DNA of 64,000 nucleotides from Mobula hypostoma. Lineage: Eukaryota. Positions 49,751 through 63,529 of this stretch are shown here, one piece after another. Both the position numbers and the translations under genes were made by a program. Numbering within the stretch: position 1 is the first letter of the stretch; the number at the start of each line of letters is the position of its first letter. Under the pieces are notes generated by a model. It was given only the letters and a program-made list of their open reading frames with translations. It was not told where the DNA came from and ran no database searches. The DNA lies in assembly GCF_963921235.1 (NCBI RefSeq), contig NC_086097.1:8184001-8248000 (forward strand), given 5' to 3'.

Positions 49751-50619
49751 TAAAAAAGAAAGATTCTAGACTGTTTGATGTCTTTTCCAGTATGAAAGTG
49801 TTAAGGAGAGCAAAATAATTGTTACTCAGGATGCAAAACAGCACAAAGTAAACTCAATAAGGTAAACAACATTGGGCTGGAAGTTCCTGTTCCACACAGC
49901 GTCTGTCAATAAAGTAATAAATAAAAATAACATGATTGGCATGGATGAGCATGTTTCTGTGCTATGTAGGACATAAACGATACAGCGCAGGAATGTTCCT
50001 TCAATTCATGATGTTATACGGTACAAAATATTTTTCTTTGCACTTGGTCCCTATCACTCTGTCCTCTACATGTTTGTATGTCCAACTAAGACTCTCTAAA
50101 ATGACTCTGTCAGCTCTGCCTCCAGCAGCAGCCTTGGCAACGTTTCCAGGCACCCACCCACCACTCTGTCTAAACTAAATCCTACCCGCGTATCATCTTT
50201 GAACACCCCCTCACCCCCTCCCCCTCCCAGCTTAAAGGCGTGCCGTCATGTAGTAGAGCTGTGTTTTGTAACAGACAGAATGTTTTGGTATGGGGGGGGC
50301 TACTGCTGAGGATTGAAGTAAGTTGAAGGAGCAGTGCCTTGGGAAGGCAGCGGCCATCATTAAAGATCTCCACAACCCAGGGCACGCCCCCTTCACACTG
50401 TTTCCGGCAGAAAAGAAGATCCGAAGCCTGAAGGCACAGACTGAGCAATTCAGGAACAGTTTCTTCCCCTCTGCCATCCGATTCCTCAATGGACATTAAA
50501 CCCATGAACACTACATCAATACTTTTATTTAATTTCTGTTTTTTGCACTGCTTGATATATCTACTTAATGTAACTGAGTTACCTTTCTTTATTTATCATT
50601 TATAATGGAATTGTTTACT

Positions 50620-51290
50620 TTGTGGCAAAGTTTGGAGATGATATGAAGATAGGTGGAGGGGCAAGTAGATATGAGGAAATAGGGAGGCTACAGAAGGACG
50701 GATTAGGAGAATGGGCAAAGAAATGGCAGATGGAATATAGTGTCAGGAAGTGTATAGTCATGCACTTTGGTAGAAGAAATGAAAGGGTTAACAATTTTCT
50801 AAATGGAGAAAAAATACAAAGAACTGAGGTGCAAAGGGACTGCTTGGGTAGGATTGGTGAGGAAGGCCATTGCGCTGTTAGCATTCATTTCAATGTGACT
50901 AAAAAATAAAAGCAGGGATGTAATATTGAGACTTTATAAAGCAGTGGTAAGTCCTCACTTGGGGTATTGTGAGCAGTTTTGGCTCCTTACCTTAGGAAGG
51001 ACGTGTTGAAACTAGAGTGGATTCAGAGGTTTGCGAAAATGATTCCAGGATTAAATGCCTTACCATATGAAGAGTGTTTGATGGCTCTGAGTGGACATGC
51101 AGAGGATCCTTCCCTTGGTGGGAGTTTCTAAGACCAGAGGACACAGCATCAAAGTAGAGAGGTGTCATTTTAGAATGGAGATGAAGGGAAATTTCTTTGG
51201 CCAGAGAGTAGTAAATCCACGGAATATGTTGCCAGAGGCAGCTACAGAGGCCAACACATTTATGTATATATAAGACAGAGGTTGACAGAT
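50620..51290 (+). mobile_element. CR1 RT/C-terminal fragment
   Basis: AKFGDDMKIGG, WAKKWQMEY, TRGHSIK. Confidence 0.85.
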
Positions 51291-52526
51291 TCAATCATGG
51301 GCTGATGCAATTCTTCCGGTCATCCCGATTCCCCTGCCTTCTCCCCATACCCTTTGATGCCCTGGCTAATCAAGAACCTATCTATCTGTGCCTTAAATGC
51401 ACCCAATAACATGGCCTCCATAGCCATTCATGGCAACAAATTCCACAGATTTACCACCCTCTGACTAAAGTAATTTCTCTGGATCTCTGTTCTAAATGGA
51501 CGTCCTTCAATCCTGAAATCGTGTCCTCTTGGCCCGGACTCCCCTACCATGGGAAATAACTTTGCCATATCTAATCTTTTCAGGCCTTTTAACATTCCGA
51601 ATGTTTCTATGAGATCCCCCGTAATTCTCCTGAACTCCAGGGAATACAGACCAAGAGCTGTCAGACGTTCCTCATACAGTAACCCTTTCATTCCTGGAAT
51701 CATTCTTGTGAATCTTCTCTGAAACCTTTCTAATGTCAGTATATCCTTCCTAAAATAAGGAGACAAAAACTGCACACAATACTCTAAGTGTGGTCTCACG
51801 AGTGACTTATAGAGCCTCAACATCACAGCCCTGCTCTTATATTCTATACCTCTAGAAATAAATGTCAACATTGCATTCGCCTTCTTCACCACCGACTAAA
51901 CCTGGAGCTTAACCTTTAGGGTATCCTGCGCAAAGACTCCCAAGTCCCTTTGCATTTCTGCATTTTGAATTCTCTCCCCATCTAAATAATAGTCTGCCTG
52001 TTTACTTCTTCCACCAAATTGCATGACCATACACTTTCCAACGTAGTATTTCATTTGCCACTTCTTTGCCCATTCACCTAAACTATCTAAGTCTCTCTGC
52101 AAGCTCTCTGTTTCCTGAACACTACCCGCTCCTCCACCTGTCTTTGTATCCTCAGCAAATTTAGCCACAAATCCATTAATCGCGCAGTCCATATCATTGA
52201 AATACATCGTAAAAACTAGCAGTCCCAACACTGACCTCTGTGGAACTCCACTAGTAACTGACAACCAGCCAGAATAGGATTCCTTTATTCTCACTCTCTG
52301 TTTTCTGCCCATCAGCCAATGCTCCACCCTTGTTAGTAACTCCCTTGCAGTTCCATGGGATCTCATCTTGCTAAGCAACCTCATGTGCGGCATTTTATCA
52401 AAGGCCTTCTGAAAATCACCTGTCCAGCTCTTGGCTCCATCCCTCCCCCTCCTGTCTTCTCCTATCATTTTGGATCTCCCCCTCCCCCTCCAACTTTCAA
52501 ATCCCTTACTCACTCTTCCTTCAGTT

Positions 52527-52562
52527 AGTCCTGATGAAGGGTCTCGGCCTGAAACGTCGACT
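52527..52562 (+). ncRNA. Minimal hammerhead ribozyme motif (intact core)
   Basis: AGTC-CTGATGA-AGG GTCTCGG CCT-GAAA-C-GTC-GACT. Confidence 0.85.
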
Positions 52563-52945
52563 GCACCTCTTCCTAGAGATGCTGCCTGGCCTGCTGCGTT
52601 CACCAGCAACTTTGATGTGTGTTGCTTGAATTTCCAGCATCTGCAGAATTCCTGTTGTTTGCGTTTAAATTCACTACTGCGAAGCCTCTTCCAGTGATGC
52701 CTACACCGAAGAAGTTTAGATCCTCTCTTCGACGGGAGTTCAGTGAAACCATCTCTCACTGCTCCCCACCTGTAATTTCTTCGGCTCTTCAACTTTTCGA
52801 CCACACTTTGACTCAGACTCGCCCCTTTTGCCTATCACCTGTCCAGCTCTTGGCTCTATCCCTCCCCCTCCTGTCTTCTCCTATCATTTTGGATCTCCCC
52901 CTCCCCCTCCCACTTTCAAATCTCTTATTAGCTCTTCTTTCAGTT

Positions 52946-52981
52946 AGTCCTGACGAAGGGTCTCGGCCTGAAACATCGACT
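52946..52981 (+). ncRNA. Minimal hammerhead motif (stem III ACGT changed to ACAT)
   Basis: AGTC-CTGACGA-AGG GTCTCGG CCT-GAAA-C-ATC-GACT. Confidence 0.75.
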
Positions 52982-55404
52982 GTACCTCTTCCTAGAGATG
53001 CTGCCTGGCCTGCTGCATTCACCAACAACTTTGATGTGTGTTGCTTGAATTTCCAGCATCTGCAGAATTCCTGTTGTTTGCATATCTACTGCATCTCTTT
53101 TGTAAATAACAATATTCTTCGCATTTCTGGTTAGATGCTAACTGCATTTCATTGGCTTTGTATCTGTACTCGGCACAATGACAATAAAGTTGAATCTAAT
53201 CTAATCTATTGTAACCTTTGTCTACCCTGCTTGTAATTTCCTCAAAAAATTGCAGTAGGTTAGTCAAGCAAGATTTTTCTTTCAGGAAACCATGTTGGCT
53301 TTTACCTATCTTGTCATGCTCCTACAGGTAATCTATAATCTCATCCATAACAATCAATTCCAACAACTTTCCAATCACTGATGTCAGGTTAACAGGTCTA
53401 TAGTTTCCTATCTGTTGCCTCCCACCCTTCTTAAATAGTGGAGTAACATTACAATTTTCCAATCATCTGGTACAATGCCAGAATCTATCAATTTTTGAAA
53501 AATCATTGTTAATGCCTCCGCAATCTCTCCAGCTACATCCTTCAGAACCTGAGGGTGCATTCCATCAGGTCCAGGAGGCTTTTCCACCCTTAGACTATTA
53601 AGCTTCCTGAGCACCTTCTCAGTCCTAATTTTCACTGCACATACTTTACTTCCCTGACACTCTTCAATGTCCGGTATACTGCAGACATTTTCCACTGTGA
53701 AGACTGATGCAAAATTCGCATTCAGTTCCTCTATCATTTCTGCATCTCTCATTACAATATCTCCAGCGTCATTTTGAATTGGTCCTATATCTACCCTCAA
53801 CTCTCTTTTACACTTTATATACCTAAAAAAGCTTTTAGTATCTTCTTTGATATTAGTTGCCAGCTTCCTTTCATAATTCATCTTTTCCTTCCTAATGACC
53901 TTTTTAGTTTCCTTCTGCAAGTTTTTATAAGCTCCCCAATCATCTATCTTCCCACTGGCTTTGGCTTCCTTGTATGCCCTCTCTTTTGTTTTTATTTTGG
54001 CTCTGAATTCACTTGTCAGCCACGGTAGTGTCCTTCGTCCATTCAAAAATTTCTTCTTACTTGGAATATATCTGTCTTACACTTCTCTCATTTTTTCAGA
54101 AACTCCAGCCATTGCTGCTTTGCTGTCCTTCCTTCTAGTGTCTCTTTCCAGTCAACCTTGTCTAGTTCCCCTCTCATGCCATTGTAATTTCCTTTATTCC
54201 GCTGAAATAATAACATATTGGAATTTGTTTTCTCCTTCTCAAATTTCAAAGTGAACGTGATCATATTATGATCACTGTTCCATAAGGGGTCCTTAACCTC
54301 AAGCTCTCTTATCACCTCCGGATCATTGCGCAGCACCCAATCCAGCACAGCCGATCCCCTAGTGGGCACAACAACAGGCTGTGCTGCAAAGCCATCCCTT
54401 GAACATTCTACAAATTCTCTCTCTTGAGGTCCAGTACTGACCTGGTTTTCCCAATCCACTTTCATGTTAAAATCCCCAACGATTATCATGACATTGACCT
54501 TCTGACACGCCTTTTCCATCTCCTGCTGTAATTTGTAATCTACATCCTCGTTGCTGTTTGGAAGCCTGTATACAACTGCCATTTAGGGTCCTTGTACCCT
54601 CGCCATTTCGCAACAACCCAGACAGACTCTACACCTTCTGATCCTATGTCATCAATAATGATTTAATATTATTTCTTATACACAGGGCCACACCACGTCC
54701 TCTGCCTACTAACCTATCTTTTCAATACACTGTATATCCTTGGATGTTCAGCTCCCAATGGCAGCCATCATTTAGTCAAGTTTCAGACATGGCCACAATG
54801 TCATACTTGCCAATTGTAGCTGAATTTCAAGATCATCCATTTTATTTCTTATGGTGTGTACATTCAAATATAACATTTTCAGTCCAGTATTTGTTGCTTT
54901 CTGTTTTAACTGCACCACACCTCTATTGCCCTGTAACTCATTCCACTGGCTTTGACTATGCCTCATCTCCTGCCTGTTCTTTCTATCATCTCTGTTGCGT
55001 GCTATCATTGATTTATTTCTGTTTTCCACTTCCTCAGCCCTATCAGTCTGGTTCCCATCCCCCTGCCAAATTAGTTTAAACCCTCCTGAACAGCTCTATT
55101 AAACCCATCTGCTATGATATTGGACCCCTTTGGGTTCATGTGTAACTTGTCCTTTTTGTGCAGTTCACACCTCCCTCAGACAAGGCCCTAATGATCCGGG
55201 AACCAAAATTCTGCCCCTACACCAGTCTCATAACCATGCATTAATATGACTGATCATGCTATTCTTGCACTCGTTAGCACGTGGCACAGGCAGTAATCCT
55301 GAGATTACTACCCTGGAAGTTCTGTTTTTCAGCTTTCTATCCCACTCCTTGAATTCTCTCTTCAGGACCTTCTCCCTTTTTCTACCTAATCACGTGGTAG
55401 CGTG

Positions 55405-56020
55405 ATGATATATGTAATTAATGTATTTTTACTGTTGCTAAGGTTGTCATAGCCAGGGGTGGTAGTGGGGATAAGCTCCCACTACCTATAAGGTGCTCCA
55501 AATGGCATGCATCTCTAACAGCCTCTGACAAACATGTCCAACCCTTGGCCTTTGCGTGTGGCTTAGCTACTAGGCCCAGTAGAACTGTTTCTACTAAGAA
55601 GAGAGGGCAAAGGCGGACCACCGGCGCCTCAAAAACAGTTGCTTTGGGCAGGTGGGGCTCAGCAGCCTTGGATGGCAGCCCACCTAGGAGAAGGAAAACT
55701 CTGATTTTAAACCTCCACTACCCACCCATGGGAAAGGCTTCGGGAGTAAACCCCAAGGAAGAAATCCGGAGCTGGGGTCCCTAAGGCAGGTTGATGCTGT
55801 TTACAACTTCACTCTGGCAACCTCTGCGATGACACTGGTGCCAAACCGTATCAGTGCTTGCCCTTCCCTTGGATACGTCAGTGACGTGGAGAGGCAGAAT
55901 CCGCTGCATGGGCAACAGCCAGTTCTTCAAATCTTCCTGCCCTGGCTTGCACCCTGGAGAGGACACCGTCCACCAGAAGCGCAAACTCGTGATCTCCTAG
56001 GATTGATGGCTGCCTACCCT
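55405..56020 (+). mobile_element. Probable non-autonomous RTE-derived element
   Basis: GGCAGCCCACCTAGGAGAAGGAAAACTCTGATTTTAAACC resembles RTE 5' UTR motifs from memory; GC-richer than its flanks; no RT ORF. Confidence 0.45.
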
Positions 56021-56354
56021 ATTACATATTACCCAAACTGAATTAGTTGAACGAGCAAGAATGCTTACTCAAACAATATATATACAAAAATGTTCAAATA
56101 ATATTGAAATGCACAACAATTAGACATTTGATAGAAGAATGAACAGAGTTTTGATCGAGGTATGATATACAAAATTGAAGGGGATAGATAGAATAACTGG
56201 GTGGCAGGGTGGAAATACGTCTCTATCCAAGGAGGTGTAAGGCCCTTCTTCCCTCTGCTAGCCCGCAGGTAAGCTGTAGCAAGCCCCTGCCCGAATCAGA
56301 GTTATGTGAGCAGGTGGTGGATAATCATATGAATGGCTGATCCATTTCACAAGT

Positions 56355-58005
56355 CAGAATTAAAATCCGGTTTAATATCACTGGCATATGTCGTGAAATT
56401 GGTTAACTTTACAGCAGCAGTACAATGAAATACAGAGAAATAAATACAGAGAAAAAAATTACTGAATTAAAGGAAATGTATATATGTCTTTTAAATAGAT
56501 AAGTTAAAATAAGTAGAGCAAAATAACAGAAATAAAAAAGTAGTAAGGTAGTGCTCATGGGTTCAATGTTCATTTAGGAATCGTATGGCAGAGGGGAAGA
56601 AGCTGTTCCTGAATCACTGAGTGTGTGCCTTCAGGCTTCTGTACCTCCCTCCCAATGGTCACAATGAGAAGAGGGCATGTCCTAGGCAGTGGTTCTTTAT
56701 GATGGACGCTGCCTTCCTAAGGCACCACTCCTTGAAGGTGTCTTAGATACTACGGAGGCTAGTACTCAGGATGGGGCTGACTAATCTTACAAGTTTCTGC
56801 AACGTACTTCAATCTTGTGCAGGAGCCTCCTCCCCACCCCATACCAGATGGTGATGCGGCCAGACGGTATGCACTCCATGATACATTTGTAGAAGTTTTT
56901 GAGTGTTTTAGTTGATAAGCCAAATCTGTTCAATCTCCAAATGAAATATAGCTGCTGTCTTGCCTCCTTTATAGTTGCATCAATATGTTGGGACCAGGTT
57001 AGGTCCTCAGAGATCTTGACACCCAGGAACTTGAAATTTCTCACTCTCTCCACTTGTGATCTCTCTTTGACGATTGGTTTGTGATCCGTCATCTTACCCT
57101 TTCTGCAGTTCACAATCAGCTCCTTGGTCATGCCGATGGTGAATGCAAGGATGTTTCTGTGACTCCTCTCAACTAACTGGTATATCTAGCTCCTGGACGT
57201 CCTTTTGACACCACCTGAAATTCTGCCAACAATTGTTGTATCATCAGCAAATTTATAGATGTCACTGGAGCTGTGCCTAGCCACCCAGTCATGATTATAA
57301 TGAGATTTGAGCACACACCCCTGAGTTGATTGTCAGTGAGGTTTGGGATGTTATTTCCTATCCACACGTATTGTGGTCTTCTGGTTTGGAAGTCAAGGAT
57401 CCAGTTTCAGATGGAGGTATAGAGGGTTAGGATCTGTAGCTTTTTCATAGTCATAGCCATACTTTATTGATCCCGGGGGAAACTGGTTTTTGTTACAGTT
57501 GCACCATAAATAATAAATATTAATAGAACCATAAATAGTTAAATAGTAATATGTAAATTATGCCAGTAAATTATGAAATAAATCCAGGACCAGCCTATTG
57601 GCTCAGGGTGTTTGACCCTCCAAGGGAAGAGTTGTAAAGGTTGATGGCCACAGGCAGGAATGACTTCCTATGATGCTCTGTGTTGCATCTCAGTGGAATG
57701 AGTCTCTGGCTGAATGTACTTCTGTGCCCAACCAGTACATTATGTAGTGGATGGGAGACATTGTCCAAGATGGCATGCAACTTGGACAGCATCCTCTTTT
57801 CAGACACCACCGTCAGAGAGTCCAGTTCCATCCCACAGTCTTTTTGATCAGGACTGTAGGAATGATGGTGTCAAACGCTGAGCTGTACTCAATAAACAGC
57901 ATCTTGACAAAGGAACTTGCATTACCCAGGTGAGGCAAGGCTGCTTGGAGAGTGATTGAGATCACATCTGCTGTAGACCTATTGTGGCTGTGGGCAAATT
58001 GCAGT
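56355..58005 (-). mobile_element. Rex1/Babar LINE with RT core, hosting a second Rex family copy at 57446-57836
   Basis: RSTADVI...VKMLFIEYSSAFDTIIP, QGCVL, IYKFADD, TKELIV, FKFLGV (ORF 56787..57131). Confidence 0.88.
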
Positions 58006-61000
58006 GGTTATGCGACCACTGACGCCAGGTAGACAACCTCTGAAGAGCATTGATAATGGCTGAGGTCACCTGTCTTGTAAAGACACTGCCCAGAAGAAGG
58101 GAAACCACTTCTGTAGAAAAAATTGCCAAGAACAATCATGGTGAAGACCGTGATTAGCCACGTCGTACGACATGGCAAATAATGAATGAAGCTAGGGTCA
58201 ATGCAAGCAGACTTTTTCCACTGAGATTGAGTGGGACTACAACTAGAGGCCATGGATTAAGGGTGAACGGTAAAATACTTAAAGGGGACGCGAGGGGATC
58301 TTCTCCACTCAAAGGGTGGTGAGAGTGTGGAACGGGCTGCCAGTGCAAGTGTGGATATAGGTTTGATTTCAGCATTTAATAGAAATTTGGAGAGGTACAT
58401 TGATGCATGGTGTATGGAGGGCTATGGTTTAGGTGTAGGTCGATGGGACTAGACAGAAAAATTCCACAGACCGCCACTCTCTGGCTAGATAAAGTCCACT
58501 TGGTCTCTGTTCCAAATGGACGTCTCTCTATTCTGATGCTGTGCCTGGTTCAGGACTCCCTCACTTGTGGCTGGCTAGTCTGAAGGATTAGAGCACATGA
58601 ATCCATGACGAGATAGCAGATTGGATTCCTAAACTGGAGCAGTGATAGGAAACAGATGATGTCAGCATGTGAATAATATTCATAATTAGTATGCGAATGT
58701 ACAAGGCATGACTAGCAGATTTGCAGATTATTATTATGTATTGCACTACACTTCTGCCACAAATTTCATGATATTTGCTGGTGATATTAAACCTGATTCT
58801 GATTCTGAATGCACACAGACTCAAGGTGAAATGGGGGTTCTGCTCTTGCAGCTCTGATTTTGCTGCACTAAGCACAAACCTTCCGTTTTGGAGTTAAGAA
58901 CGATTGCATGGATTGTAACGTTGAAATTCTAACTGTAATTGAATTAAATACAATCGGCCTTCAACTGTAAGGAATTCAAAGATACTCATTGTCAAGTTGA
59001 TCGTCTTGAAGTTAACACTATGAAAAACCTGGAACAAGTTATCAAAAGTTTTGTGACTTGAAAGGGACATCAGTATGAGACAAGAGTGTCCCTGTTAGAA
59101 ACTTCAGTGGCTTACACAGCTCTTGAATATCCAAACTCTGTTCCAATATCAGAAAATTCATGAAAGGATGGTTCCCAAGATCACAAGAACTGGTGAGAGG
59201 CATCAGTAGTAAATAGCTTTGTACAAGGGTCTATGCCACAATGAAGAGTCAGCTTTCATTACACCAGTGCACTGTAATTATGGGCATTCACCATCGCTGC
59301 CGCAAAATGGACAGCCTCTGGGATTTCCATGCACGAATAGTTTAAAGTGAAAATTCCAAAGTCGCTGTCAGTGATTCATCACACCTTTACAGTCTGCACT
59401 GTAAACACATTTTTTCATCCATCTCTTGGGAAATCATTGGAACTGATGTAACTTTAAGGTTTTTACAGACTTGTTCCTCCATAAAATATCTCGAAACCTT
59501 GTGCCTGTGAGCTTTTATTGCCCTATACCATAATTACTGATAGCAATTTACTTTCTCCTTAATGAAAGTAATTTTAGAAAAGTGGCTTTTAATTTTGTGA
59601 CTCAAAATAATTATTAAATGTTTGTTCATTATATTCAGTTTCTACCTGAATTGTAGTTATGTGTGGCAATGCTAAATAATGCTTGAGGTTCATTAAAATT
59701 TGTACATTTTGCTTCCAAGTCAATGGACTGAAAATTACTTGATGTGATTAGTTGCTCAACCCGATTTATAACAGTCACAAGGAGTCCATGTGAACAAATA
59801 CCTAGTAGGTCTTTGAGGAAAGTTGTTTTCTCAGGTAGTAGCAATTAGTATAACAGTAACTGCAAATTCTGGACCTACATTTCCCAGGCATTTCGTGCAC
59901 GGGGGTAAAGTCAACTGCTTGAATCCCATTAGAATCAGAATCGGGTTTAATACCATGGGGCACGATGGTAGTGCAGCAGTTAGCGCGACACTATTACAGC
60001 TCAGAGTGTTGGAGTTTGGAGTTCAATTCTAGTGCCGCCTCTAAGGCATTTATATGTTCTCCATGTGAGAAGCCATGAAGGGATACAGGGAGAAGGCAGG
60101 AGATTGAGTCTGAGAGGAAAAATGGATCAGTCATGATGAAATGGCAGAGCAGATTTGATGGGCCAAATGGCCTAATTCAGCTCCTATATCTTATGGTCCT
60201 ATGGTCTGTGACCAGGTAGGTTTCCTTCAGGTGCTCCCACGGTCCAAAGGTGTACTGGTTAGTAGGTGAATTGGTCATTGTAAGTTGTCCTGTGATTAGG
60301 TAAGTGTTAAACAGGTGGGTTGCTGGGCGGTGTGGTTCATTGAGCCAGATGGACCTGTTTTGTGCTGCATCTATAAAAAGATATATATCACTGACATATG
60401 TTCTGAAATTTGTTGTTTTGTGTCAGCAGTATGGCGCAATAACGACCACAAGAAAATCTGCAGATGCTGGAGATCCAAGCCACACCCGCAAAATGCTGGA
60501 GGAATTCAGCAGGTCAGGAAACAAGTAACCAGTCGACATTTTGGGCCGAGACGCTTTATCGGTACAATAATGCAAGTTAACCCTGCATTCCCTCTGTTTG
60601 GGAATGATCACAATCAACAGGGGTAACTTAGAGAGACACTTAGGAGGTGAACTGTTTCTGTAAATGATCTTTGGCAATCATTAATTGTATAACAAAGCAT
60701 GGAAATGTAATGCATTAGCATTCAGTAATAGGGTTAACTACAATGTATTACCATGTTATTCACAGCATTCAGCAGATTTCATTACACTGGACATTTGCAC
60801 ATGGGACCTCTTTCCCATCAGAGTAATATAATAGTTTTTAACTTGCTTCTCATTCCAAATGCTGACTTTACTGTTTAAAATCCCATTATAGATATATTCC
60901 TTTCCATCCTCTGCATTAGCACTTGTGTGGGTCACAGCCCATTTGATGTTAAACATGAACTACTCTCATATGTGTTGATTCTTATTGAAACCATAACAGG

Positions 61001-61084
61001 AAAATATTAAAATTCTTATTTATTATTATCATTATCATCATCATTATATTTGTTAATTTATTTGTGGTAATATTGCTTTAAAGT

Positions 61085-62330
61085 TTAAAATTCAGAGTAA
61101 GTTTATTATCAAGTCCATAAATGTCACTATATATAACTGAGATTCACTTTCTTGCAGGCATACTTAATAAGTCCATAATAGAATAATAACCACAATAAAA
61201 TTAATGAAAGACCACACCACTGGGCATTCAACCAGTGTACAAGAGACAACAAACTGTGCAAGTGTAAACAGAAAGAAATAATTATAAAAAGTAAATAAGC
61301 AATAAAAATAAATAACATGAGATGAAGAGTCATTGAAAGTGAGTCCACAGGTTGTGGAGCATCTCAGTAATGGGCCAGGTGAAGTTGAATAAAGTTTGGT
61401 TCAAGAGCCTGATGGTTGAGGGGTAGTAACTGTTCCTAAACCTGGTGGTGTGAGTCCTGAGTCTCCTGTAACTTCTTCCTGATGGCATCAGTGAGAAGAG
61501 AGCATGACCTGGGTGCTGGGGACCCCTGATGATGGAACATTGAACATAGAACATAGAAATCTACAGCACGTTACAGACCCTTTGGCCCTTGTGCTGACCA
61601 TGTAACCTACTCCAGAAACTGCCCAGAATTACCCTACTGCATAGCTCTCTACTTTCCTAAGCTCTGTGTACCTATTTAAGAGTCTCTTAGAAGACCCTAT
61701 TGTATCCGCTTCCATCACTCTCTATGTGAAAAACTTTCCCTTGAACCTACATCCCAGCACCTTAAAACTAAGCCCCCTCTTGCTGCTTTCCTGTGACAGC
61801 GCTCTGTGTCGACATGCACAATGCTGGGGAGGGCTTTACGTGTGATGGATGGGGCCGTGTCCACAACTTTGTGCAGTATTCTCCATTCAAGAGCAATGGT
61901 GTTTCTGTACCAGGCTGTGATGCAACAAGACAATATACTCTCCACTACACATCTCCAGACATTTGTCGATGTTTTAGATGTCATGTCAAATCTATGCAAA
62001 CTGTCAAGGAAGTAGAGGAGCAGCAGTGTTTTCCCCATAATTACACTTACTCAGGCCAGGACAGGCTCACCAAAAGGATAATACAGAGGAAGATAGACTT
62101 GATGACCCTCTCCATATCTGATCATCCGATGAGGACTGGCTCATGGATCTCTAGTTTTCTCCTGAAGTCCATAATCAGCTCATTGGTCTTGCTGACACTG
62201 AGTGAGAGATGGTTGATGTAGCACCACTTAGCCAAATTTTCAGTCTCGCTCCTACGTGCTGATTCATCACCACCTTTGGTTTGGCCAACGACAGTGGTGT
62301 AGTCAGCATACTTGAATATGGCATTGGAGC
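61085..62330 (-). mobile_element. Rex1/Babar LINE 3' part with a CR1 3' fragment at ~61535-61790
   Basis: FKYADYTT, KTNELIMDF, ORFs 61715..62038 and 61330..61554. Confidence 0.82.
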
Positions 62331-63529
62331 TTATGTGTTGTGTGTTAGTTATAATGTACAGTTTGAGCAGCTTGGTCCAGAGGATTATTATTTCATTTAG
62401 CAGAATATATTATACGCCTCAATGACAATAAACTTGATCTTGAACTTGAACTTGAAAAGGTCTATGCAAAGATGAGTGTGACCATGGATCACTTCCATAT
62501 TTGATTGTTCAGTATGTGTCAGGCTGTGGTCGGGTGCTTCCAATGCATCGGCAGTTGTCAGCTGTCGGTGCCTGGAGGTTTATGGCAGGGGAGTTTCTCC
62601 CTTTTTGCCACCTGCTATCGGGGACTATTGGAGTCGATCAGGACTTGAGACTTTTTTTTTACCATGCCTATGGTCTATTCTTTATCAAATTATGGTATTG
62701 TTTTGCACTGCTGTAACTATATGTTATAATTATGTGGTTTTGTCAATATTAGTCCTTGGTTTGTCCTATTTTTGTGTGAATATCACTCTGGAGGAACATT
62801 GTATCATTTCTTAATGCATGCATTTCTAAATGACAATAAACAAGGACTGAGTGTCCTCATAATCTAATCTAAATTCTTGTCCTGTTAAAGATCAAAGATG
62901 AGCTTTATCTGTCGCATGTACATCAAATCATTGAAAATTGCTGTGAAATGTGCAGTTAAGTCAACGATTAGCACAGTGTAAGGATTGTGCTGAGGACAGG
63001 CCACAAGTGTCACCACACTTCGAGCACCAACATAGCATGCCCGTAACTTACTAACCCTATCCTGTATGGTTTTTGGAATGTGGCAGCACCCAGAGGAAAC
63101 TCACCCGGTCCCGGGCAGAATATACAAACTTCTTATAGTGATGGGATTTGAACCCTCATCCTTCAATCATTGGTGCTGTAAAACGTTATGCTAACTGCTA
63201 CAGTATCATGCCACTCTCAACACCAGAGTTTAAATGGTGGAAATTTAACTGTTTCAGTCATTGCTGGCTATAACTGTCAAGGCCTTAAATTTTTCTCTCT
63301 AAACTTTTGCAGCCCTTTACATCTTTCTTCAAAATGTTCTTAAAATGTATCTCTGGACAAGCTTTTAGCATTCTTCATCTAATGTACTTCACTTAAGCAG
63401 AGAATCTAAATTTAGTTAAAGAACTAAATTGGAGAAGAAGAATAAAATGCTTGGACTTTGCATTTCCAACATCCATTGTTGGTCTTTACCTCGTTTAATC
63501 TCATTGATTCTTTATTTCCTTCAATTGGA

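Larger units (their letters stand above)
52415..53080 (+). mobile_element. PLE tandem: pLTR - probable ORF start - pLTR, two hammerhead motifs
   Basis: Direct repeats ~52415-52660 and ~52821-53080 around a 160-bp segment encoding MPTPKKFRSSLRREFSETISHCSPPV. Confidence 0.88.
51293..55390 (-). mobile_element. Long CR1 LINE (ORF1 end, endonuclease, RT, 3' UTR) with a nested PLE
   Basis: LKMLYLNV, VYRLPN, VGDFN, NSDHNM, PGPDG, DFQKAFDK, KFAEDTK, PHLEYCVQF (ORFs 54772 to 51428). Confidence 0.92.

Noticed and set aside
51896..52804. 302-aa ORF as a novel fusion protein
   Set aside because: Chance read-through from antisense PLE pLTR sequence into a CR1 RT fragment at an insertion junction.
60447..60565. 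Additional active hammerheads (also ~8520-8555, ~12137-12166, ~15300-15320)
   Set aside because: These are PLE-end relics with mutated or deleted CUGANGA/GAAA cores.
60756..60956. 66-aa ORF as a host exon
   Set aside because: No recognisable domain and no convincing splice context; length is compatible with chance.
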